This document shows, in pieces, positions 22,588-31,628 of a DNA stretch of 35,664 nucleotides; positions within the stretch are counted from its first letter, which is position 1, and every line of letters begins with the position of its first letter. Origin of the DNA: Ionaspis alba (lineage: Eukaryota); contig CAXUUL010000079.1 in the NCBI GenBank assembly GCA_964255285.1, positions 1-35,664 on the forward strand, written 5' to 3'. Position numbers and translations under genes: made by a program. The notes below the pieces were generated by a model, which was not told where the DNA came from, did no database searches, and was given only the letters and a program-made list of their open reading frames with translations.

Positions 22588-24885
22588 TCACATTCTGCTT
22601 CCTGTCAGTACCACTCGACCGTTGATGTTGGTAGCACAGCTGATATGGACATACCGTTCTACAGGACTCAGTCCGAGCAGCTTCATCCCATTATGCAACA
22701 CCTGTCTAGCAGCCTCGTACAAAGCCATTCGAGCCTTCTTCAGCTCCGGTTCGCTCCCGACCACCTTCAATACATCGTAGCTCGAGCTTAGCATATGGGT
22801 CATCTTAAAGAGATACGATAGCACAGTGATTGGCTCCAAAGTCTTCAACGTGTTCTGCACAACATCAGGCCATGAGGAGAGCACACGCACGAGATTGATG
22901 GCATGAGGCTCTGTGAGGAGTGACAAATCTGCAGACTCAATATCTTGCGACGATAGGCAGGCTTTCCGTGTGATGGAGCATAACCGAGCATGGGCATACT
23001 GCAGATAGGGGCCGGTGTCACCTTCGAAGGATGTCATGCGGTCCAAGGAGAACTCGTAATTGTTGATCCTGTTATCTAGTTAGCTACGTTGCTCGAAAAC
23101 CCTTTCCGTGACGAAGGATTCGGAAGTGCTCTTACCGCTTCCCGGTCATATCCTGCACCATCACAGCCGTTATGCCTAGGATGTCGGCAGTCTCCTCAGG
23201 ATTTTCCACCTGTTCGTACTTGACCTTATTCTTCTGCATGACCTCATGCATCTTGTCGCCCACGTCTCTGAGGATGTCGTCCAAGAATTTCACCGTGCCT
23301 TTTCGGGTACTCATGCCCAGTACCATTCCGAAATTGATATGCTGGCACTTATCTGAGACATTTTTGTGTCCCATGAGTTCCAATATCTTGAATAGTTGGG
23401 CCAGATGGAGATCTTGCTGCGAAGCTACAACGTAGATCATCTTATCGAATTCATAGCGGTCGTGACGCTTTACTGCCTCCCCAATATCCCTGGTAAGATA
23501 GAGCGACGACCCATCTTTTTTCTGCACTAAGGCTTTCCCGAGCTTCTTGGTCTTTGGGTCTTTGGTGAGATCAACCACAACGGCACCCTCCGACTCTTCA
23601 GACACGCCGGTCTCCTTGAGTCTTGCGGCCGCCGCATCCATCCGAGACTTCTCAACCTGAGATTCGCCAGAGTAATAGTCATAATTGATGTTGAGACGAG
23701 CATAGGTCTTTTTATATCGATCAATACTCAAATCCCTGAAGCGCTTCCATGTGGCGAGAGCGTCGGCATCTCCGTTTTCTAAGCGCTTGAAGTATTGCCG
23801 GGCCTTCTCATTCGTGCTCTTCGCCTCCAGTTCGGCCACTTCTTTCTCTAGCTCATCCTTGTTACCCTGCGCCAATTTCATTTGCTCCTTCTTTACTTTG
23901 ATAGTAGCCTCCTCTGGCGCAGAAACTTTGTTGATTTCCACGTAGATGTCAAAAAGATGACCGATAGGATCTTTCTGAAGCTTCTCCTCGCTACCGTATA
24001 GTTCGAAAGCATTGGCTAGAAGCCCGAATTGTCTCCCCCAGTCCCCTAAGTAGTTCATCCGAATCACATCCCATCCAGCAGCTTCATGCAGATTGGCGAT
24101 GAAACCTCCAATTATGGTACTCCGTAGATGTCCAGCATGGAAAGGTTTTGCTATGTTGGGCGAAGAGAACTCCACTATGACACGCTTTCTGCCCTTCGAG
24201 GGATCAGAGGGATCCCTGAGACCGTGACTAGGATTCCTCCCATACGCGGCTTTCTCTTTGAGTATTGCAGGAAGTACGAGTTTGGTAAGCGGTGCGGGTT
24301 TGAAACGGAACTGTATAAAGGCACCGTCGACTGCAGGCTTCTCGATAATTTCTGACTCTGGAAACTATACAGCAGTTGGTTGTAAGCGTGCTTCCGTCCA
24401 ATGTAGAATGGTATAATACGTACTTTCTCAGCGAACTCTACAGCTTGTTCGGTTGGCTTCTTACCCTTGACCCGTAGCGCTGGTACCGGCAGCATAAGAT
24501 CTCCTTTGTCCTGCGTCTGCGTCCATTGAAGCTTTGGAAGGATGTCGCTTGCTGGCACACTGGTTATTGGCGCCAGGGCTTCCGAGATGGCTGTCCGGTA
24601 CACGTCAACTAGATTAAGCGGAGTAGACATAGCGTTGTAGAGGCTTTCTGCTTCCCGAATTGAGAGCTTTGGCCTAAATTCAAGTGGTCTAGTCTGTCCT
24701 TCAGTCATCGAGTGCCCGAAGGTCTTGAATGTTCTCGAATGCCACTCGAGAGAACAGCATGAAAGTCGTTGAGAAGGATTTCTTCTTTTGAGGAGGGACA
24801 GTCTCGGCTTTGGATTCGAACGTTGAGGGAGACGTGACAGTGGCTTTCCAACGGAGCTGAGTTGCAGAGCTATTCGAATGTACAT
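22588..24885 (-). CDS. Arginyl-tRNA synthetase (class I); long form 703 aa with presequence-like N-terminus, short form ~618 aa from ATG 24630
   Basis: VEFSSPNIAKPFHAGHLRSTIIG (HIGH-type motif), NYLGDWG, LYLTRD, GMSTRKG (KMSKS-type), GDTGPYLQYAHARL, and C-terminal PVERM. Exons 24885-24424, 24364-23136, 23068-22655, 22594-22588. Homologue of yeast YDR341C/MSR1. Confidence 0.96.
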
Positions 24886-24894
24886 AAATGATTA

Positions 24895-24903
24895 TTGACT
24901 CAT
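24895..24903. promoter_or_regulatory. Candidate Gcn4/CpcA/Cpc-1 response element (TTGACTCAT)
   Basis: Perfect TGACTCA core at 24896-24902 directly upstream of an aminoacyl-tRNA synthetase gene. This gene class is an established target of cross-pathway control in fungi. Confidence 0.55.
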
Positions 24904-25302
24904 GCACCTTGAATGTGATGGAGCTTCCCTGCCCTATGCTAAGCGCGAGCTAGCGCGTACAACTAAGCGAATTTCGAGGAAGGCAGATTCCGAGGTAGAG
25001 ATATAAGAATTGTCGAGCAGCCTGTCACCTTCTCGACAAATTCTTACCAGTGTATGTACCATAGAGGTGATAAGAAGAGCATTCATACAGATCAATTCAA
25101 GAACTAACGTGCCTCTCTCAGCGGGGTAGTACTACATCATCAACGATTTGCTATGAATCATAATGAAGAGCCGAAAAATCGAAACACAAGTCCCATCATG
25201 CAATCCATCCATACCCTATAATCTATATGCAATGCCCAATATTGTACAGACCGCCTCCATCCCAGAGACCTACCCAAGTTCGTGATACATAGCTTCGTAA
25301 AT

Positions 25303-27273
25303 CTACCAGGTTTCCTGTTTGACATCAGTATTTCCTCTCACAGCCAGACTTTTTAGGATATGACTCACAGCAATATACTGTCCAGTCTCTTTCTTCTGTG
25401 TCCAGAAAGCTTCGGCGGCTTCTTGATTGAGATTTCCCTTATTCATGGCAACATCCACGAGTGCCTTTTCCACACCTTCACCCATACCCTTGCCGCTTCC
25501 ACAAACGAAGACTCTACCATCCAGTGCGTTGACAATGAACCATACCAGGTCTGCTTGTAACCTCACCTCCTCCTGGACATATCTGCCTTCCCCACGACGG
25601 CTCTGAACGACTTTCTTAACCTTAGATTCCTCAACGCCCCATTCTCCGCTGTAGAGCTCATCTAGCAAGGAGTCCCGCACGCCTTGCAGAACCCAGACTT
25701 TGTTGGCGCAGTTCGCAGATTTGAGTCTTCTTTGCACGAAACCTCTAAATGGAGCAATTCCAACGCCTGCACCGATGAGCAGCATTGGCCCATCAGAGAC
25801 AAACTCACGAGCTAGAGGATTAGCCATGAGCCCTCGGAACATGGGTATATGAATATTGAGATCCGCAGGGTTGATGCCGTTCTTCTCAGCGTCGACCATC
25901 TTCCTCGCCAGGCGCTCGAGGTAGCCCGATCCTACGCCCGTCCTCGGTCCGCCTCGCCAATTAGGTATTTCGTGCACGGTGACGGCTATTTCGATCAAGC
26001 GGCGGCAATTTTCGCCTTGCCTAGTGCAAGAAATTTGTGGATCTTGTGACAGGGAGTAGAAGCGAGGCATGAGGGTATTGAGAGTAGACAGTAGATGTTC
26101 CAACGGAGGAATCGATGAAGGGAAAGCATGTAAAAGCTGTGCCATAGTGATGTGTGGACCAGTACGCAAATCGCAAAAGGCTGCCTGACCCTCCGCAGAG
26201 GCTAAATAAAGGAGTATCTTCCTCTCGATGGGATCTCTAGCATGCTCTGCCAGCAGGCGAAGGAGGGGCTTCGTTGGCGGGTAGCTTTGTAGATCCGAGC
26301 ACCAGGTCAGAAGTTCTCTTCGTGTTGTAGAAAGTTCCCTCGCCATCTCATCACCCCATATCGTAGGCCACCTGCCCTTCGTTGTTCGGAGAATGACTTG
26401 CTGATCTCGCGCATAGTTCGGTATGTTTAAGATATCGAAAAGTTCTGTGACAAGCTCATCGCAATTTGGCGCACACACTCCAATAGCACCACCGACAACG
26501 AAGTCGACGTCTCCACTTTCTTTTGGGTAGTCCGTTACATCCAGGTCGAAGTGATATGTCCTCCTCTCTGCACCAGCCTTCGTTAGCTCCCTGGCGTGAT
26601 GTAGCCTGGCGGCGAAGACTTCGTAGGGAGCGTGAGGGGTGACGAATTTTGGGGGAATTTGTTTGGCAATGGATGTTGGTGGTAAGTCAGGAGGAGGAGC
26701 TCGTTCGAAAGACACGGTTTTCTCCGGCAGATCAACCGTACAAGTCAGCATGGAGTCAAAACTCAGAGACCCGAGATTGAGTTGCAAGCTTCGATATGCA
26801 TGGTTGTCGGGGACGGATATAGGCTCAGATGTGTCTGTAACCATCTCTCCGTGTGCGGAACTCAAGAGGCAGCACCCTCCTCCACAACAGATCCTTCCTA
26901 AAAACTTCGTGCCTGCTTCATCTTCTCCAAATGTTCTCCGGATGTCATTCGGACTCGAAGATATTAGTTTTGTCGAAGCACGTCGTTTCCGTGACCGAAG
27001 AGGCGTTTGATTAGGTAGCACACTCAATCCGTCTCCGTCTGACTGATCGGAGGTTTCCAAGGACTGTGAATCTGTGGCGGGCGTAGTTGGTGCATCTGAC
27101 TCCGACCATGATGAGCCTAAAGCCGAAGGCGAGGATTTTGTAGACGCATGTGAAGTATCTAGGGCAAGCTTCTCTATGTGTTTCTGTAATGGTTCTTCCG
27201 GTATCGGGTTGTCCGGGTGTGAAGATGAGGTTTCTGGCACGCAATGGTGCTGTGCTAATTGTGGGTGTATCAT
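25303..27273 (-). CDS. FAD/NADPH-binding oxidoreductase of the diflavin-reductase (CPR/MTRR/sulfite-reductase-flavoprotein) FNR-like type, lacking an FMN domain, ~638 aa
   Basis: RRTYHFDLDV, GGAIGVCAPN, PRFYSLS (FAD), GVGSGYL, LIGAGVGIAPFRGF, GVRD, RYVQ, VFVCGSGKGM, and terminal YIA|ETW. Exons 27273-25369 and 25314-25303. The start is uncertain: in-frame ATGs at 27342/27339 lie inside a probable 5'UTR intron. Confidence 0.87.
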   Translation of the reverse strand: MIHPQLAQHHCVPETSSSHPDNPIPEEPLQKHIEKLALDTSHASTKSSPSALGSSWSESDAPTTPATDSQSLETSDQSDGDGLSVLPNQTPLRSRKRRASTKLISSSPNDIRRTFGEDEAGTKFLGRICCGGGCCLLSSAHGEMVTDTSEPISVPDNHAYRSLQLNLGSLSFDSMLTCTVDLPEKTVSFERAPPPDLPPTSIAKQIPPKFVTPHAPYEVFAARLHHARELTKAGAERRTYHFDLDVTDYPKESGDVDFVVGGAIGVCAPNCDELVTELFDILNIPNYARDQQVILRTTKGRWPTIWGDEMARELSTTRRELLTWCSDLQSYPPTKPLLRLLAEHARDPIERKILLYLASAEGQAAFCDLRTGPHITMAQLLHAFPSSIPPLEHLLSTLNTLMPRFYSLSQDPQISCTRQGENCRRLIEIAVTVHEIPNWRGGPRTGVGSGYLERLARKMVDAEKNGINPADLNIHIPMFRGLMANPLAREFVSDGPMLLIGAGVGIAPFRGFVQRRLKSANCANKVWVLQGVRDSLLDELYSGEWGVEESKVKKVVQSRRGEGRYVQEEVRLQADLVWFIVNALDGRVFVCGSGKGMGEGVEKALVDVAMNKGNLNQEAAEAFWTQKKETGQYIAVSHILKSLAVRGNTDVKQETW

Positions 27274-27452
27274 GCTGAATGATCGACTGGCACAAGACTG
27301 GAAACAAATAAGGACTGTTTCAGAAAGGGCAGTCAGCATCATTCCACACCTAGCTTTGCTGCTACCAGACAGTATTTGGCAAGGCCCTCCCACTTTACTT
27401 ACAAGAGTTTCGTTGTTTCAGCCGGTGTGAGGCGGAGAGGACGGACAGAGCC

Positions 27453-27476
27453 TTAACTCTCCATGGTGTTTGCCAT
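27453..27476 (-). promoter_or_regulatory. Candidate upstream ORF (MANTMES*) in the leader of the reductase gene
   Basis: ATG GCA AAC ACC ATG GAG AGT TAA. Both ATGs have A at -3 and G at +4. It lies about 50 nt before the GTAAGT donor (27402) of a probable 5'UTR intron. Confidence 0.4.
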
Positions 27477-27945
27477 GATCTTCGGTGGGTCCTCGTGGTG
27501 GAAGCTGATGTGTTTCGCTGAACGGATTTGTGTGTTCAAGGAGATTGGAGACAGTATTTACAATAATGGGTGAATAAGTTTGATAACAGCCTCGACATTC
27601 AGAGATCGCAACCTCAAATCCAATGGTTGACCTCATCACGCCGATTTTAGCCGACAGATCCCCACCTCTGCGTCGGGTGCTAGGTACAGCTTGGAATGGC
27701 ACATGCTGGGGAATGCTTATAAATAATTTACGACTCGTTATTTTCAATCGCTGACCACAAAATTCCATTGCAGCATATGTCTGTATTGAGGTAAAGTTAC
27801 TTAAAATTGACTCGATCTAGTCCTGTAGTCTCTTTACCCGCTAACATTCGAACCAAACGTTGGATGGTTACCTGATCAAGCAATTATACACTTCTTAGCG
27901 TATATTTAGAACTCCATGGAGGATTGATTTCATGGTGCTACCTTG

Positions 27946-29175
27946 TCACATCAGGCCGGCAAGGATCTTGTCGACAACATCCTGTGTTACAGCCCACAAG
28001 TCTTTTGCCAGCGTCTCATCCCGGGCTTGAGCAGTGGTCTGCTTGATCGAGGTATCATAGGTCAGAAAGGCACCTTTATACTTTTCCAAATCGCCTCTGA
28101 CTTCCGGAGATGAGGCTGCAAAAAGTGCGGACTTCGCTCCATCACTCGGGGTCAAACCGAACAGCCTGACCATTGGCTGCAGCGCCCAAGGGTACGTTAT
28201 GATGCTACCCTCGGTCTTGACCATCCCGGGATTGGTGGAGAGTGTGACGATACTGGAGCCCTCATCGTCTAATCGACGTAAGAGCTCCATCTTAAAAAGC
28301 TCGTTGCACAGTTTGGTGAAACTGTATCTTTGAGTGTTGGCCCAGAAAGAGTTTGAATCAGCAAAACCAGTCCATGGCTGCTTCAAATCGTCCAGTGTCT
28401 TCAGACTTGCAACCTTTGGGGTTAATCGATGGGCATCCGAACTCATCTGCGATTAACGTCAGTCTCGTATAGTGTCGATGTAATTTGGCTTACGATAACA
28501 ATCCTCGTATCTGAGCCTGGACGTTCTGCTGTGGACTTAAGGATAGGCATCAAGCTTTGGACGAGGACAAAATGCCCAATGTGACTGTGGCGGACTGTCA
28601 ATTTATCCGTATTGGCACGCTTCAACAGCAAAGAGACTGACTTGGTAGCAACACCCAGCTCAATACCATGGTCCGAAAGCACAAAATCTTTGGCCAATCG
28701 CCCAGCATTTGTGACTATATTCCTTGTCAGATGCTACAATCCTCCAGGATTAGATCCCTGTTCTGCATAGTACATACCTAGCATATCCAACTTCTCCTCC
28801 CTCCTCATGAACTCCTGTGCAGATTTCACGATATCGACTGGTTCAAGAAGATCCATCGGCAACCAGATGAGTAGACTTTTCTCCCGCACATCTGGATGAG
28901 CTTGTTCGATTCTCTCAATTGCAGCTTCAGCCCGCTCCTTTGAACGGGCTCCGAGGTAGACCTTTGCGCCATGAGCAGCCAGTTGCTCTACAATCTCGGC
29001 GCCGATTCCCGCGCTGGGAAGAGAAGAATCAGCACGATCTGGTCTGGAGAGTGACCAGGAGATGGTTAGACTCTCAATGCGCGGAGACACACTTTCCTCC
29101 GGTGACGAGAGCAACCTTGCCACTAAGGTCTGGTACATCCGTGACAGGATTCCAACTCGTTCCGAAGCCTAGCAT
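27946..29175 (-). CDS. Short-chain dehydrogenase/reductase (retinol-dehydrogenase-like classical SDR), 327 aa
   Basis: VPDLSGKVALVTGGN|AGIG, VYLGARS, TNAG, NHIGHF, catalytic YSFTK, NPGMVKTE. Exons 29175-29093, 29013-28778, 28714-28642, 28584-28494, 28446-27946. Confidence 0.9.
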
Positions 29176-29734
29176 GGTGGACGACGAAAGAACCAAATGT
29201 GAGACCGATGAAAGGGTAGATAATTAGTGGTGAAGTCATGAATTGGCTCCCAGCTGGCTTGCAAAAGAAGTCGGCAAACCAAAGCCGCACCTTAATTTGC
29301 AGCCCACTAGTTGGGAGTGACCTCAGTCCATTCAATGTCACGATTCCCCTTCTCGTAGCAGGCACCCGAAGCAGCTCCCCAACAAATCCTTCATTCCTTG
29401 CTCACTCCAGCTAGACCGACTGTGCCGTCTCATTAAGCATTCCCAAGGATAGAGGCACTCTCTCCAACATCAGAGGCTTGATCCGAGCATTGGGATTGGC
29501 CGACGACTATTTACCATCGTTGTCTTGACGGAGTTTCGACTTCAAAATCCGATGTGGCTGCCCTGAGTAATCCCTGCGAATGCAGTTGGTGTAATTCAGG
29601 CTACAATGCTTATTAATTGAAGTGGGATGTTGCACACCCAGTTTTGTTCACCGTAGATTATATACTCATATGCTTACGGCTTCATCGCACACTTAGTTTT
29701 CTGATACTACTTCAGATTCATTGAAGCCGGCAAC

Positions 29735-30851
29735 ATGGTCAATATCAAGAACGTTCGAATCTCCAATGCCAGCCTCAAGGAGAAATCTCCGGGCATGGTC
29801 GCCTTGTTCGTCGGCGGAACGAGCGGAGTGGGCAAAGGCACACTCGAACAGCTTGCGAGATACACAGATGAACCAAAAGTCTACATCGTAGGCCGTTCTA
29901 GAAGCGCCGCAAGCCCGTTACTGGAAGAACTCAAGACAATCAATCCCAACGGCACATTCACATTCATGGAGACGGAGATATCTCTAATCAAAAATGTGGA
30001 CAAAATATGCTCGGAGATCAAAGAGAAGGAGCAAAAGCTTGATCTCATCGTACTCTCTACTGGTTTCCTGACCTTTGCTGGGAAAGAAGGTTAGTATGCT
30101 ATCCTGCTATTCCTGGGGATCGTAGACCGGCATAGCTACTAACCCCTAACCAGAGACTTCCGAAGGGATTGATCTTCTGGCTTCGCTCGACTACTATTGT
30201 CGATTCCGCATCGTTTACAACCTCTTACCTCTTCTCACCGCCTCTACTCATCCCCGTGTTGTCTCTATCTTCGGCGGTGGCAAAGAGCAAAAGATTGACA
30301 CGAACGATCTCGAGCAGAAGACAACACCCTATTCTACACTCAAGACGATTAAAAACTGTACAGTCCAGAACACCCTCGCCATGGAGGAGCTTGCTAAAAC
30401 ATATCCAACGATCACGTTCTGTCACGTTTACCCTGGTTTCGTGAACACAGGTCAAATGGGTCGTTTCATGTTCACCGCTAAGGGCATTTGGAAATATCCT
30501 GCCATGCTGGCTAGATGGACTCTTGTCCCTGTCGTGAGCTATTTCGGCAGGACGGTCAATATGGCTGGAGAATGGGGGCTATTCATTGCGACGAGTGCTA
30601 AATATCCGCCCGCGGAGCCGAAGGATTCAGCAGACACCGGTGTTCCTCTACCCAAAGGCGTGCAAGCTGCTAAGAGCTCGCTGGTAAAGGATGGGAAGGG
30701 AAATGGCGTCTACAGACTTGATCAGGATGGTGAAAGCGTGGAGAATGAAGGCGATAAGTTCTTGGCGGATATGAGGTCAGATGGAGCGGGGAAGAGGGTA
30801 TGGGAGAAGACTCTCGAAGTATGGAACAGGGCGCTTCATGGTGCTGAGTAG
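29735..30851 (+). CDS. Atypical SDR-fold NAD(P)-binding oxidoreductase-like protein, 350 aa
   Basis: VALFVGGTSGVG Rossmann motif, VYIVGRS, ETSEGID, YYCRFRIVYNLLPLL, RVVSIFGGGKE, HVYPGFVNT. Exons 29735-30089 and 30154-30851 (intron GTTAGT...CTAAC...CAG). Confidence 0.87.
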
Positions 30852-31628
30852 TGGGTATCTGTCAAGGCACTGGACGGGAAATCCGATTTAGTTTGTTGTT
30901 TGTGTGCTGCGCCGCTAACGACCAATCAATCAGTGGTCGATGTGATTGTCACTGCGGGCCACAGATAGGGTTGCAAATTTGGGTGCACTGGAGGACCTGG
31001 TGTGCGTTTGATATGAATGGAAGAATGTCTTCAAAGCGCACTAGGAATGAAAGGCGAGAAACCTAGAGCCCAAGAAACCATCGTCAGAGGCACGTGAACT
31101 TTCGATATCCAATTACCTAATAACACGCTTCCAACGTAAACAATAGGTCTTTCCTCAGGACCTCAATCATCCTCTTCGAGGCCGAAGACAAGCTCAATGA
31201 ATTTGGAAGCTCTTCTCACTATGAGAGCTTCTGGAAATGCCAATTCACAGGCTTATGATTAGATAGTCTCGCGGATCAAAGGCCTCAGCCCGCATTCGTG
31301 CTGGAAGAACACATGTATTTGTGCCCTTCCATACTGGGTAAACGTTTACAAAAGTTTTCTATATCAGTTCCACGGTCCATTTCATGAGGCTAGCGGATAG
31401 AATCCGTGGTCGAGGCGGAAAGCAGAACGATTAGCACAATCATTAGCGAGAAAAGCCCCGGGGGGCGGTTTAGAGGACATCGGACCCCCACGTCAGGGGC
31501 GTGTCCCCGGTTCATTAGCATTATGCTAGCTCGCGTAAACGAGTAAGAAATATTTTGCAAGGCCGCGAGGTATCGATTTAGTTTTTGTGATAGACCTGTA
31601 CTGTCTTGATCACGAACAACACCTCAGT

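Noticed and set aside
27393..27768. ORF-track start of the reductase at 27393 and upstream 116-aa ORF 27418-27768
   Set aside because: 27393 is a GTG inside a probable UTR intron. The upstream ORF ends in TGA before the donor and shows no flavodoxin or other motif.
10794..30851. Possible secondary-metabolite cluster (Zn2Cys6 TF, three SDRs, a reductase)
   Set aside because: No PKS, NRPS, terpene synthase, P450 or transporter, and the genes are interleaved with core genes (SNX41, ArgRS).
31250..31530. Resemblance to RNase MRP (GAAAAGCCCCGG) or U6 (CAGAACGATTAGCA) motifs
   Set aside because: Both matches are inexact, the required partner motifs are missing, and there is too little room before the DBP9 start.
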